Assembly: GCF_016433145.1 (NCBI RefSeq)
Contig: NC_058130.1
Span: 90,590,655 to 90,654,654 of the forward strand
Direction of reading: 5' to 3'
Length of the DNA stretch: 64,000 bases
Origin: Gracilinanus agilis
Lineage: Eukaryota
Shown: piece by piece, positions 23,873 to 37,281 of the stretch
How positions within the stretch are numbered: the stretch's first letter is position 1
Layout: every line of letters starts with the position of its first letter
Position numbers and translations under genes: made by a program
The notes under the pieces: generated by a model
What the model was told of the DNA's origin: nothing
Databases searched by the model: none
The model's input: only the letters and a program-made list of their open reading frames with translations

Positions 23873-24854
23873 CCGAGGGCAGCTGGCTGGAGGTTGCCAG
23901 GATACAATTCAATCCCACAGTCCTTCAGAAACTTGTTCTTTCTTTCAGGTCTTTAAAAGTCCAATAAGGCGGTTCTCAGGGCATTTTTTTTTAAACCCAA
24001 TTTACACAACGCTTGCTCTCTTCTCAGTCCTTTCCAAAGTGCTGTCTCATAATACTATCGGGGGGATGGAAGAAGAGGTGATAAGGGACGATTAGTATAA
24101 CAACTCTACGACAGAGTCCCTAAATGTCACTCACATACTCCCCTCCTGATGCCAATGCGATGTATGAACATATCTGTGTGGATCCACACACAATATTCAC
24201 ATGCTCAGACATACGTAAAAACGCCCACCAATTCGACGCACATCCATAGAGACATACCCATTAGCATCCCCAACACACGCTGATGTGCGTCAGCACAGAC
24301 ACACTAACTTAGACTACATGCATGTTTTATGTCTTTGTCTATGCGCACACCAGTCCGGACTCTGCCTCAGGGCTTCCTCTCCTCATCCCAAATGCCCAAG
24401 TCCCTCCTCATCCCTGGCATCTCCAGGACAAGACCTCTTCGTTGTCCCAGTCTCTGACTAGGGACTGAGAACTGGGACAAGGCTAAAGCAGTCTGAGCCC
24501 CCTAAGGAGGGCGTCCTGGCTTGCTGAGCTGCCCTGGTCAAACCTTATCTCTCGGTCTTAGTTTCCTTTTCTGTATATTGGGTACGTGGAGGCTTAACCC
24601 TGCCTGCTCCCTGCTGCATAGCAGGCTTTAGAATTCTTCCCTGAATCGCGAGTGAAGGAGGGACTAGAGGGCTGAGGTAAATCGAAAGTTGGGGAGTGAG
24701 GTCCTTTCCTGGTCCAGGACTCGGACACTGCCAGAACCTCTCCTGAGAACTAGGGTTGGTGAAAGGACTAGGAATACAGGGTGAGTCACCAGTACATTCT
24801 GATTTCTCCCCACCCCCCATCCCCTACCCGGCTCCCTGACTCCAGACTCCTCCC

Positions 24855-25180
24855 CCACGGGGGTGGGCCCGAATAGGATAAAGCTCCACCCCCTCTGACC
24901 CGCCCCCGGCCCCCGGTGCGAATCTTGCGCTGGGGAGCGGCGGGCGATGCTGGAGGCGCGCGGAGCTGGGGAGCGGCTGGACTCGGCGCCGCATCTCCCC
25001 CGCCCCGAGCGGACTCTGCCCTGCCACCAACTGCGGCGTCCCTGGACCCTCCGGAGCTCCTTGAGCCTCGAGTCGGCGGCTTCCTCCTAGTGACAGGACA
25101 GGCGCTGCAGGTGGGTCTCGGAGACCTGGGACAGAGTCGGAGGTACCGGAGGCTTGGTCCTAAGGGAGTAGTGGGTACCT
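24855..25180 (+). promoter_or_regulatory. CAMKV: CAMKV CpG-island promoter
   Basis: Abrupt GC/CpG enrichment, GC box CCCGCCCC at 24899-24906 and a GATAAA TATA-like element at 24877-24882. Confidence 0.75.
24920..25110 (+). other. CAMKV: CAMKV non-coding exon 1 (5' end approximate)
   Basis: Lies in the CpG island and ends at donor CAG|GTGGGT (25110/25111). The first coding exon has an acceptor 13 nt before its ATG, so an upstream UTR exon is required. Confidence 0.65.
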
Positions 25181-25246
25181 CCGGGCTGGATGGGTTGGGG
25201 GATTAAATTCGTTGAGGTTTGGGGGCAGAACAACCGGAGTGTAGGG

Positions 25247-25247
<1 letters not shown>

Positions 25248-25293
<46 letters not shown>
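25248..25293. repeat. (TG)23 microsatellite
   Basis: Direct read. Confidence 0.97.
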
Positions 25294-25295
<2 letters not shown>

Positions 25296-27244
25296 GGGGG
25301 AGGGGGAAGGTGAATGGTTGTTCCGTGGCTTTCCGGGGGCCCTGGAGTGGGAAGAATTGGGTCCCGGGAGGGGGGGTGCAGCGGAGACTAGCTGTGAGAG
25401 CCGAACTGAGCAGCCTGTCAGGCTGACCACGCGGGCTCCCCACGGGTGGGGGAGGGGTACTCCTAGCCTTCAGAGGGTCTGGGAGCAAAAGTTCTCGGGA
25501 GCAGCTCCCCCGAACGACAGGTGCTCTGCCATATCCCCTCAACCCTTGGCCCCTGTGGGCACACGGGACCGAAGTCCTGGGTGCAGAAAGGCTAGTTCAG
25601 CTAAGAGTCAGCTGTCGGCTGACCCGCTTATACTCCCAGAGCAAAATTCAATTATCTGAGCATTTGCAGAGTAGCACCTACTGTGTGCAGAGCACTTTAA
25701 CGTCCCCGGAGGGTCTGGTCTACCCAATTCCCTTCCCCTCGTTCGGCTCCCCAAGTTCCATCTCCCCCAATCCCTTCCTGTATCTCTGGAGGGATCCCCC
25801 AATCCTCTTTTCTCTCTATGCTCAGACCAGGCACTAATTTCCATGACAACCGGGAGTTCTTTATTGGTGACAAAACGCCCAGGGGGCTGGAAGAGAAGAT
25901 TTGGGTGGGGGCTGGGAGAGAAGGAGTTAACCCATTTTGGAATTCGGGCTGAGGCTCCTCTTCCCTGCTCTTTGGCCCTGACCCTCGAGGCAGCCACCTT
26001 GTTCCAGCAGCAGCCCAAGGTCTCATTTGGGGCTGGGGTGCTCACATGTAGGCCAGGTGCCCTGGAGTGCGGTTGTCCATGTGTTCAGGTCGGTGAGGGG
26101 GAGAGAGGGGCGTGGGTGCAGACACATGTGCACAAGTGAGATGGGGGGGGGCTGCCAGGCACATGTTCGAGCTGTGGGGGGCCTAAGGGCTGTGCATTTG
26201 TGTACCACTGTGCATATATGTGCAGGTAGGGGCGCCATCTGGGAGGCAATTTTCCTTGAGTGGAGGCTGGGGGAGAATTGAGAGGGGGGGGGTGGGGAGA
26301 AGAGGCCTAACTGACCTATGGACTAGAGAAGAATCCTCAGGGTCTCTGGGTCCTCAACTTGTTATTAGGAGAGCTGTACATTGGGTGTATGGATGGATGG
26401 GGAGGGGGAAATGTGAGAAGGGAAGGCAGGTTGTTTGTCTTTGGCAGCATGCCCAGCTGTGAACTTCCAATTAGGCCCCTCCCTAGTGTCTCCCACTTTC
26501 TGTCCTGGGGAGTTTCATTTCTAGAAACATTACCCCTCCCATCCCTAGAATCCCTGACAGCCAGCCATTCATCTATACTACCTTTGTCCTCACCCTACTG
26601 CCCAAGGAATTGTGTCCCACTACCTTCTGAGCTAACTCCTTTTCCCTTGGATTGGAACCCCCTCCCTCCAGGAGAGGAGCTTCCTTTTTCTGTATATCAC
26701 CCTCCCCAAACCTGGTAACCGTGACCAGGAATATGATAGTCCTTCTTTCCGAAGAACTGGGAGGGAGGCCAGAATGGAGGGAGCTCAGAGGCCTGAGCTT
26801 CTCTGTGTGTCCCAACTCTTCCATAAGCTCAGGCTGTTCTCTCTCTCTTGGAATGTGAGGAAGCCGGGATATGATGGGGTGGAGTCTGCCAGCCACCGGA
26901 TGGGACACCTTCCCACTCCCCAATCCTACAAAGGTTGCATGATCTCCTGGACAATGATTACAGGTAGAAAAGAGTAATTAAGGAGCACTGACCATCAGAA
27001 CATGGCTATAGCCCCTCCAGCAGTGAGGGTGTAGGTCTTGGGGGGCCATTGTTTCCTGAAATACAATTCCATACTGGAAGTTAGGTCTTGGGGCCCTGCT
27101 CTCTTCCCCCTTGGAAACTAATTTTGAACTCACCATTCTGGATGTTAAGTGGTGGGGTTGCTGTCTGGGGGTGGATGGGTAGGCAGGAGGAGTGAAGGAT
27201 AAGAGATATAGAATGGATATCCTCCCTGTCCTCTTTTCTAGGGG

Positions 27245-27247
<3 letters not shown>

Positions 27248-27295
<48 letters not shown>
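27248..27295. repeat. (TG)24 microsatellite
   Basis: Direct read. Confidence 0.97.
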
Positions 27296-27298
<3 letters not shown>

Positions 27299-30200
27299 GA
27301 GGTGGGGTTTGGTGGCTGCTCTAGAAAGACCACTGTGTTAGAGGAGGCCATATTGCCTTTCGGTGACACTACCCTTCTGCAGTGTCCTTCTGTCTGTCTT
27401 CTATTTCCTTTCTAGAACCTCAATTCCTGCCCCCACTCCCTCCCCCCACACACACACTGGTGTATAAGCAGAAAGTCTTTTATTCTTGGGAGCAGAGGTA
27501 CCAGGCAGGGGAGAAATTGAGGCACAGGGAAGGAAATGAGATTATGCAACTGTCATTCCTGTACTTGGAGCTATGGAGAGACTAATTCATTTTCTTTCTT
27601 TAGTTACACCTCCTACTAGCCCCTCTGAGGAGAGAGCCCCATACTCAGAGTTGGAGCCTGAGGTAGCCCCAGTGACCTTAAGCTTTGTTTTCACCCAGCC
27701 TGAAGCTTTTCAGCCACACCTCCCGTTTTTGTAGTTCTTGCTTTTAGGGGGAAAGGGAAGGCACAGTCTGCAAGGCCTTAAGACTGTATGATTTTAGGGA
27801 AAGTGTTCTGGGCAGATTCAGTATGGGAAGAATAGGTCTAGTATAGGGTCTGGCTCAGATCTAGACAGACTCTTAAGCTCTCTTTTTCCCTCCCCACATT
27901 CTTCCGACATATTGAAGGTGACAACAAATCCTAGTTATTTTTCCTCCTGAATGCCTGTGATGAAAGGCAGGAGAGAAAGTAGGACTAAAGTGAGTGCCGA
28001 GGGTGATGCTATGATATCTCACAGATGAATTGGGATTGACCTGTCCCTGTTTTTCCAATTCATGGTCATACAGTGTCAAGCCTCAAGTTGCTTTGCCATC
28101 CTCTAGGAGACATTGAGGTACCAGGGTCTAGAACAGTTTAAAGCAACTGGCTGCTCTTCCTGCCCTTTAGATGTGTCCAGCTTGGTTTGGAAATTTGTTT
28201 GGGACCTAGCTCCTAGCTCCAAGGGATGAGAGCCCAGTGGTTTTCTCTCCCATTCCTCTCTACTCTTCTGTCAGATTGGGGGGCACAAAGAGAGGGAGTG
28301 GCCAATACTAGAGAGAAATATAAAGGCACCAGGCACTTCAGTGCCCCCTAATTACTCTTTTCTATATGTAATTATTGTCTAGGAAATCATTCACCCTTGT
28401 AGGATTAGAGAATGGGAAGGTCTGCCCTTTCTATCTTTGAGATCTGGAAACTTCCTATGCTGTTCTAGAGGTTCCCTACCTTAAGTGCTCTGAGATCACA
28501 GCTCTGATGGCCTTCCTCTAAAGAAAATTGCCTATTCTAGCTCACCCTCTCTCCCTTTTCCCTCCTCCCCTTTGCCTTTCTCTCTCTAGCTCTCTTAGCC
28601 ATTCTCTCATTTTCTCATTCTCTCTCTCCCCAGTTCCTTTGACCACTCTCTCTCTACTGCTTTTGCTCTTTCTGGACACAAGTCCTAGTTGGTATATTCT
28701 CTTCCCTCCCTCTCCCCAGTTCCTTGATTTTAGTCACATTTTCCCTTGCTTTCATACACCTGTCCTCAGAGCTCCATCTCTTTCTGTGTCTCTCCTTTGC
28801 TTCTCTTTACTTTCAATCTCTGCTTTTCTCCATTCTCCTACCACCCAGGTTCCCTTAGAATAACAGAAATGAAGAGTTAGAAGGGAATATTATCTAACCT
28901 TTGGCTCCGCCTCTCCTTCCACCCCCTTTCTCATTCCTTACCTCCTCCCCCCTTCTAAGGTAGCTGGGCTGTGTTGTGAGAAGGAAACCTCACCCAGTAG
29001 TGATAGAGTTAGATACTCTACCTGATGGCAAACACATCCTAGGCAAGAGGGGATTGGCTCTCATGCCCATCAACACTCTCTTTCCTACTCTTTCCCTTCT
29101 TTGAAAACTTCTATTGCCGTCAAGACCCTTGCTCGTGTTTCCTGATGGATGCCCAACCTCTCTTTCTTCCCTGCCTTCCAGCAGATCCCCTATCATGCCC
29201 AAGTGAAAAACATATGTGGTGGTGAGTGAGGGCTCTCCCTAACTTCCCTGAGGGATGAGAACTTCCGAGGTGGCTAAGGGAGCAAAGATCAGTTGATGAT
29301 GTCATGGAGGGCCAAACCTTTAGTCTTAATCTTCAACTTTCTTCTTCCATCTTTTTGGGGGGAGTTATAGAGCTACTTAAAGGAGCAGGACCTGAGGCCT
29401 GGTCCCTCTCCAAAACCATTCAGCCCTATGCTCTGGGGAAATTGAATAGTTGGGAGGCTGGATTCAGAATAATCAACCAAAGCAAGTGAGAATGAAACCC
29501 TAGGACTCAGAGCTGAAAGAAACCCTAGAGACCATCAAGAATAACAGCTTAATTTTATAGAAGAGGGAATTGAGGCCCAAAGAAGTCAGATGGCTTATTT
29601 AAAATCACACAGGCAGTAAAGAGCAGAGAAGACATCAGAATTTGGGTCTTTGGATCCCTATATCCAGTGACCTTTTCATGACATCATTCATGATACCTAC
29701 CGGACTGATGAAAAGTCAGGAGTCTTGCTTCACCCCTTCTCTCTTCTCCTGGGAGGAAGCTGCTGCTGCCTGCACTTTGGACACTAACCCCTCATTACTA
29801 TAATCAGCTGGAAGGGAAACTGGATGCATCCCTCTGACTTGAACAGGCCTGAACTGTGCTCTGTAAACATAAAGTATACAAGGGGAGACAAGGAAGTTCA
29901 TATAGTCAAAGCAGGTCAGTTGTCCCCTCTTGGAGGTAAGGAAGGCCCCAAGTTGTCTGAAGAAAATTGGAGAGGAAAGAGAAAGCTGCCTGTTGTGTGA
30001 AAACCCCAGAACAATATGGACTGGGTCAATTCCCTGTGGAGATAGGATAGGGGTTCCTGGGTCCCTAGAGGTTTTTCAGGGTAGGTGGGGGAGGCCACAG
30101 GCAGAGACAATATTCACAGCTGCCACTAAATCAGGAGGTGTCGGTAACAGCAACCACAGTGAGAAGGGAGCAGGGGGCCCTCCCTTCTTCCCTCTTTCCT

Positions 30201-33200
30201 TCTCTGCCTCCCTCCCTGTGACCCAGTGGGAGGGGGAAGCAGTTGGCAGTGGCTAGATACGCCAGCTCATGCAGGGATTGACCCCCAGGCAACCCCAAAT
30301 TAAGAGAATGGTTTTGGGGGAAAAAACAGACATAGAGAGGAAGAAAGAAAAGGAGTGGTCAAAGAGATGCGGTAGATCACAGGATTTAGACAGGAAAGCC
30401 ATCTTAGAGATCATATGGTTTGACCCCTCCCCCCTTTTACATGCAAGAAACTGAGACCCAGAGAGACTTGCCCTCAATAACACAGATAGTATAAACAGAG
30501 CTGGGACTGGCATCCTGGAGAGAGATGAGGGCAGAAATAGACTAGCCCAGAGAGATGTGCCCTCCCAGAGCTAGCTAGGCCAAGAATGAGAATCCAGAGG
30601 TTCAAGCCATGGCTGCTCCCCTTTCCCTTGGTAAAGGATCCCTAGAGATATGAGTCACTTACCTTCACCCCAGGACAAGTCTCTGAATCAGAGCATCTCC
30701 TTTGGGCATCTTGGACAAAGAGTTTCTCCCACATCCCTTGGGCCTCAGAGGCCTTCTTAAATAATCCAGAGCTTAGGAAGGATTTGGTCAGGCTCATGCC
30801 CTTGACATTGTCCACATCTAGAGCTGGGTTAGAGGTGGTTCATTCTCCTGCGTCCCCTTCACTCCATGCACCACATTAAGGGAAGGCCAATGGGCATTTG
30901 GCAGGGAGTACATCTTAGGGCACGAAGAATAGACTCAGCTCCTGAAGGCAAGGATGCTGGTAGGGGCAGTCTTTGAGAGGATCATTGGGGTACCAGGATT
31001 TAGATCTGGAAGGACTTTAGTCCAACCCCTCATTTTACAGTTGAAGAAACTGAGGCCCAGAAAGATTAAATGACTTGGAAAGTCAGTCTGAAACTAAGAT
31101 AGATTAGAATGGGTTAGGGGATCATCTAGCAGGGGAAGAGGAGGACTGGGGGGAAGGGATAGTATTAGATTAAATCTTCTCTCCTCCGCCCTTTCCAGCT
31201 TCTCATTTATTCTATTTTTCCCTTTCCCTTTCCCTTTTGCTTTTTTTTTTTTTTTAAACAAAACAAACCCTCTGGGCAGTAGCACACCATTAAAATACAC
31301 CATTAAAATATGGAAAACAACCTTCAGCAACAGGCTGGATGTATCCCTGAGAAACAAAGGAGCAGGGATCAGTGACAGCCTGCCTCCCCCTAGTCCTCTA
31401 GGCCCTGCCTCCTCTCTTCTCTCCTCTGACTTTCACAGTAAAGAAACAGAGCCTGGCATGTCAAAGTGCACACCTGTACCTGGGGTGAGTGTATATCCAT
31501 TTGTCATACGGAACTGCCCTTTGTGGATTCCCTGTAGCTTTGTAGTGGAAGATGGAGAGAGAAGTCTGGTCTCAGGAGGGTTCTGTCTTTCACAATGGGA
31601 AAACTGAGCCTGGCATGTAAAAGTGCCTGCATGCCTCTGTGAAATGCATGTTGTTTGGCTGTACATGTCTCTCTTGAGTTGCTATCCAGTCCTATGGTAG
31701 ATAGAGATAGAGAATTTCGGTGTCAGGAATATTTAGGAGCTTTCTATACAGGGACATCTAATCAGGGTCACCCTGCAGCCTAAAGGGAAGCCTGGAAGCA
31801 GCCGCTGACCTCTCCGAATGGGAGGGAGGAGGCTGACTTGCTACTTATTTCATGTGCTGATGGTGGCCTTAGGTCCTATGTGCCACCCCATGGTTGTGAT
31901 GATAGCCTGGGTACCAGGTTTGGTAGTGAATAGGGATTTTTCCTGGGTTATCTTCACAAATTCCAGGGAAAGGGGGATTGGAGTGGAGTGGTGAGGTAGA
32001 GGGGAGACCAGACCAGAGACCAGGTTCCAGAGGTGAGAATAGGCAGGGAGGCAGATGAAGGAGGCAGGGAGGGAGGTTTGGTGAGTGCTTAACAAGGCAT
32101 TAATGCAGTTGGGGAGCAGATGGTGAGAGTGGGCGAAGAGTGGGGAGGGGGAGGGGGCATGAAGAGGGCCTCATTGTTACCCTGGGAAGAACCAAAATGC
32201 TCCCTGTTGTCTGGCTCACTGTTTTGTTCCAGTGTCTGAGACTGGCCAGGCTGCAGCAGGAGGGATTTGGTTAGAATGAAGGAACCAATTTCCCATAGAG
32301 AGGGCCTTGTCTGTGACATACAATGTCTGCCTCAGGGATCCTTTCCTTGGGGAGGCCAAAGACCTTCAGAGAAGCAAAGTCCTCCGACTGAGGGTGAGGT
32401 AGGGACTAGACGAATGACCTTCTCTCCCTTTGTCCTGAGTGGGTAAAGCTGGCAGAACTTCCTGAGGACCAGTTGAGGGGAAAGCCTCTATCTCCTCATA
32501 GCAGATGGAGTTGTATTATCTCAGGTCATCAAGATGGGCTTTCCAGGAAGCTGAGGAAGGAGAGATTTGGGATAGAGAAGGTTTTCTTGACTATGACAGT
32601 CTGTTTACATCAGTAGGTGTCTTAGGCAGAGTGTGGGTTTCTATATGAGGAGGAAGGATCATTTCCTGTGGATACTCATTCTTTAGAGGCAGTTGTGGCA
32701 TGGTAAATAAGGTGCTGGGTCGGGGGGGGGGGGTCAGCAAGACCTGAGTTCAGATTTTGTCCCTAATATTTACTGGCTGACCACAGACAAATCATTTAAC
32801 CTTTCTGAGCCCGACACCTTCCTAAGATCCATCTCCTGAGTTTTAGAAGGGCTAGATCTGCAATGGTGAGAAAAAGTCCTCACAATTGAAGTAACAGACT
32901 AACAAATTCATAAGGCAGCTAGATAGTGAAGTAGATTAGAATGCCAGGCCTGGAGTCAAAAAGACCTGAGTCCAAATCTGGCCTCAGATACTTACTGTGC
33001 AAATAGCCATTTAACCCTGTTTGCCTTAGTTTCCTCATCTGAGTTGGAGAAGAAATGACAAACAACTTCAGTATCTTTGCCAAGAAAACCCCCAAATGGT
33101 GTCATGAGTTGGACACGACTGAAAAATGACAGACCAACAACAAAATCATAGACACTTGACTCACCATTTGGAACATCATAGAATAAGACTATCTCAAGCT

Positions 33201-33704
33201 ATAAGAAACCTTAGAGATTGTCTTGTCCAACCTCCTCTAACCCCATTCTGTAGATGAGAAATTTAATGCCAAGAAGGAAGGAATTCAAAGTTATACAATA
33301 GGAAGAAGATAAAATTAGCATTCAAACCCAGATCCTCTGACTCCAAAAGCCATTATTCTTCCCCTTATTCCATCCTACCAGACTCCTTCCCCGCCTGCCA
33401 TTTTTCTATCTCCACAGTTTTATTCTGAAGAACCCATTGATTGCTCAATGTACAGGAGTCACAGGTTGGAGGGAAGGCAGAAATGTATCAAACCTGCTCC
33501 CTCCCCTAAAGAAGCTTCCAATTGAATAGGAAGAAGACAGATATAAACAGCACAGAGACCAGGAAGAATGTAATCACTGACATTAGAAAAGCAGGGAAGG
33601 CAGTGGAGGGCTTAGAACAAGGGATCTTAACTTCTTCTCCGTCATAGACTCCCTTTGGTAAACTGGCAAAACCTACAGAACCTTCTCAGAAAAATGTGTT
33701 GTTC

Positions 33705-34096
33705 TTTTTTAAGAGTGGGTCTTCCTATTGTGCCAAAACTATGAGTGAAGCAGCCACTCACAAGCCCAGTTCTATTGCCAAAGGACATGGAAANNNNNNN
33801 NNNNNNNNNNNNNNNNNNNNNNNNNNNNNNNNNNNNNNNNNNNNNNNNNNNNNNNNNNNNNNNNNNNNNNNNNNNNNNNNNNNNNNNNNNNNNNNNNNNN
33901 NNNNNNNNNNNNNNNNNNNNNNNNNNNNNNNCTAGGCTGGTGGCTCCCTGTTACTTGGAGCTCATCATTTTGATACTAAACTTGGTGTAGAGATCCATTC
34001 AGCTTTAGCCCCTACTGCAACTCAGATCTTCCCAGCCCAAGTGATTGAACAGCCCCAGCAACAGGGATTACACGTGGGCTCACCACCCCCAACTGG
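33705..34096 (-). pseudogene. 7SL (SRP RNA)-derived retrocopy, interrupted by an N gap
   Basis: Reverse complement follows the 7SL 5' Alu domain and S domain (CCAAGTTTAGTATCAAAATGATGAGCTCC ~ CTAAGTTCGGCATCAATATGGTGACCTCC), then the 3' end and an A-tail. Confidence 0.8.
33794..33931. other. Assembly gap (138 N)
   Basis: N run. Confidence 1.
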
Positions 34097-34894
34097 ATTA
34101 ATGTTGTTGGGTTTTTTTTAATGCATAAAATAAAATGCATAGGATTACAAAAGAAACCCATTATGTAAACAGTAATTAAAGTATGTTTTTAAAACAAGTT
34201 CATGGATCCCTAGAGAGGATGGAGAACTGTATCCTGCTTGTATGGTTTCATGTAGAGGCATTATTTGCATCGAGACTGGAAGGAAATGCAGGCTTTTAAG
34301 AGACTAAGGTTTGGAGGAGGCTATTCTAGTCAAAAGGAATAGCAAGAGCTTAATGGACAGGGCAGACACCCCTCTGGGGGAGGGAATGTGGGAGTAGAAG
34401 AAATAGAGGGAGACAATACCATTGCTAGGACTCATTGAGGTCCAGGGTTATTATCACCTCTATCCTCCACCCCAATTGCTTATGCAGTTGAGACTTGATG
34501 GATCACATCAATGGAAATGATACTCTGGAACTCAATGGGGTTGAGGGCCTGCATTCAAGAAAGCTCTCAGTTGCTGCCTTGACTGTTCTGAAGTGTGATT
34601 ATAGTCAACTCTGTGCTAGTGCTAGGACTGATGAGCTCATCAATCAACAAGCATTTATTATTTACCTACTGTTTGTTCTATGCTAAGTACTAAGGATGCA
34701 AAGACAAAAATGAGGCAGCTTTCAAGGAGCTTACCTTCAATGGATGGTGATAGTGATGGTATGTGTGTGTAAGTATATATGAAATAATACAGGGTGATTT
34801 GGGAGGGAGGCTCTAGCAGCTGGGGAAAATAGCAAACGCCATTTCTGAAGATGATGTATAAGCTGAATTACAAAGGAAACCAAGGATTCTAGCT

Positions 34895-36877
34895 AGGGGT
34901 AACTAGGTGGCACAGTGGCTAGAGAGCCAGGACTGGAGTTGGGAGATCCTGGGTTCAAACTAGTCTCAGAAATTTCTAGCTGGGTGATCTTGGGCAAGTC
35001 ACTTAACCCTACTTGCCTAGCCCCTACTTCTTTTCTGTCTTAGAACCAATACTAAGGATTCTAAGGCAAAAGGTAAGCATTTCTAATAAATAAATAAAAG
35101 AAACTGGGGGGTTCTAGCTGGGGGAAGCTAGGTGTCACAATGGATAGACTATCAGGCCTGGGTTCAAATCTGGCCTCAGCCATTTCCTAGCTGGGTGACC
35201 CTGGGCAAGGCACTTAACCCCCATTGCCTAGCACTTACCCCTCTTCTGCCTTGGAACTGATACTAGGTATTCTAAGACAAAAGATTTAAATTAAAAAAGG
35301 AAACTAGAAATTTTAGCTAGGGGCAGCTAGGTAGCACAGTGGATAGAGTGCTAGACCTAGAGTTAAGAAGACTCTTCTTTGTGAATTCAAATCCAGCCTC
35401 AGACACTTGCTAGCTGTGTGACCCTGGACAAGCCACTTAATGCTGTTGGCGTCTGTTTCCTCATCTATGAAATGAGCTAGAGAAGGAAATGGCAGACCAC
35501 TCCAGTATCTTTGCCAAGAAAACCCCAAATGAAGTCATGAAGAATTGAACAGAACTGAAACAACTGAACAACAATATTCTAAGAAGCAGGGATGAGAAGG
35601 GAGAATGTTTCAGGCATGAGGGAGAGCCAGTACTCTGGAGAGACAGGTCTTAGGATGCTGTGTATGAGAAACTCTAAGAAAGTTTGTTCGGCTGGGCTAA
35701 AGATCATGTACAGGGAAATGATATAAAAAAAACCTGGAAAGGTTGATTGGGAACAAGTTGAAAAGTGGGAAAAGCTGGAGGCAAGGAGGTTCCTAAAACA
35801 GTGGATATTCTCTAAATATATATATATATATATATATAGTATTTGTTCCAAGGCAGAATAGTAAGTAATGTAAGGTAAGGGCTAGGCAATTGGGGTTAAG
35901 TGACTTGCCCAGGGTCACGCAGCTAGGAAGTGGTCAAGTCCAAATTTGAACTGAACACTTCTTGTCTCTAGGCCTGGCTCTTTATTCACTAGGCCAGCTA
36001 ACTGCTCCTTCTCCAAACCCTTTTTTTTAAACCCTTATCTCCTGTCTTAGAAGGAGATCTTTTCCTAGATTTCCTAAATTTCTTTTCCAAGGCAAGAAAA
36101 AGGTAGTGGTTAAGCAATGGGGCTTAAGTGACTGCTTGCCCAGGATCACACAGCCATTAAGTATTTAATTCAGATTTGAACCCAAGACTTCATGTCTCTA
36201 GACCTAGCTTTCAATCCACTGAACCACCTAGTTGCTTCTTCTCCAAATCTTTTAGTGTCTGACTTTGGCTTACAAAAAGAAGGTGCTCTGTCAATATTAA
36301 CTGAATGGAATGGGAATTATACGATAGGTTTAGCCTTGTTTTATTACATCTTCCTCTGCTGCCTTATGGAATGGAGAATAGCCTTCGGCTCTGGAAAACT
36401 ACTCTGGCCTTCCAGATGGATGGAGCTAACAAGAAGAAAAGGCTGCCAGGAAAGCTTGGGTGATGGTATTATACATCTGTCATACAAGGGCCAGCCTAAC
36501 TATATGCAAAGAAGTACATCATCAAAGGATTCCTATGAGTGATGAATTGCTTTGGCCACTATAACTCAACAAAGACTGTCTTCTAAGTTGTACTGTTAGA
36601 CATTAATCTGTCCCATCCTGTGCAGGGAATTCCCAGATGGAGAGAGAGTACAGTGAATTTACCCTTCCCCAGTTCAGGGGTGGCAAGGAAGAGCAGCTTG
36701 TAGGACTGGGCATGAGAACTCTGGTTCAGCTTGAAATCCATACTCCTGCTTCCAGTTACTTCCATTTCCATATACTCTTTAACTGTTTTTTTTTTTAATT
36801 TAAAAAAATGTTAATTACTATATCTGGGTTCTTTTGGTCACCTTCCTTCCCAAACATATTCTTCAAATCTCTACCTT

Positions 36878-36939
<62 letters not shown>

Positions 36940-37087
36940 TCTCTCCTTACTTGTCAATTCTAAGACAAAAGAGGGGCAAAGGTTAGATGATTGGAGTTAA
37001 GTGACTTGCCCAAGGTCCCACAGCTAGGAAGTGTCTGATGTCAAATTTGAACCAAAGTCTTCCCAACTCCAGACCTGGCATACTATC
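34895..37087. mobile_element. Dense SINE cluster in CAMKV intron 1 (sense 34895-35090, 35120-35295, Mar1 35320-35575; antisense 35835-36010, 36025-36235, 36945-37087)
   Basis: SINE head, CORE and tail motifs on both strands. Confidence 0.8.
36878..36945. repeat. (TC)n microsatellite, interrupted
   Basis: Direct read. Confidence 0.95.
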
Positions 37088-37281
37088 NNNNNNNNNNNNN
37101 NNNNNNNNNNNNNNNNNNNNNNNNNNNNNNNNNNNNNNNNNNNNNNNNNNNNNNNNNNNNNNNNNNNNNNNNNNNNNNNNNNNNNNNNNNNNNNNNNNNN
37201 NNNNNNNNNNNNNNNNNNNNNNNNNNNNNNNNNNNNNNNNNNNNNNNNNNNNNNNNNNNNNNNNNNNNNNNNNNNNNNNNN
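37088..37281. other. Assembly gap (194 N)
   Basis: N run. Confidence 1.

Larger units (their letters stand above)
33617..34215 (+). mobile_element. Ancient hAT-Charlie-like non-autonomous DNA transposon split by the 7SL copy
   Basis: Halves at ~33617-33700 and ~34110-34215 (GACTCCCTTTGG...CTTCTCAGAA / AATGCATAAAATAAAATGCATAGGATTACAAAAGAAACC) resemble a recalled mammalian Charlie MITE; family name uncertain. Confidence 0.55.

Noticed and set aside
24824-26281. Many overlapping ORFs around the CAMKV promoter
   Set aside because: A by-product of high GC content and the TG microsatellite; no recognisable protein.
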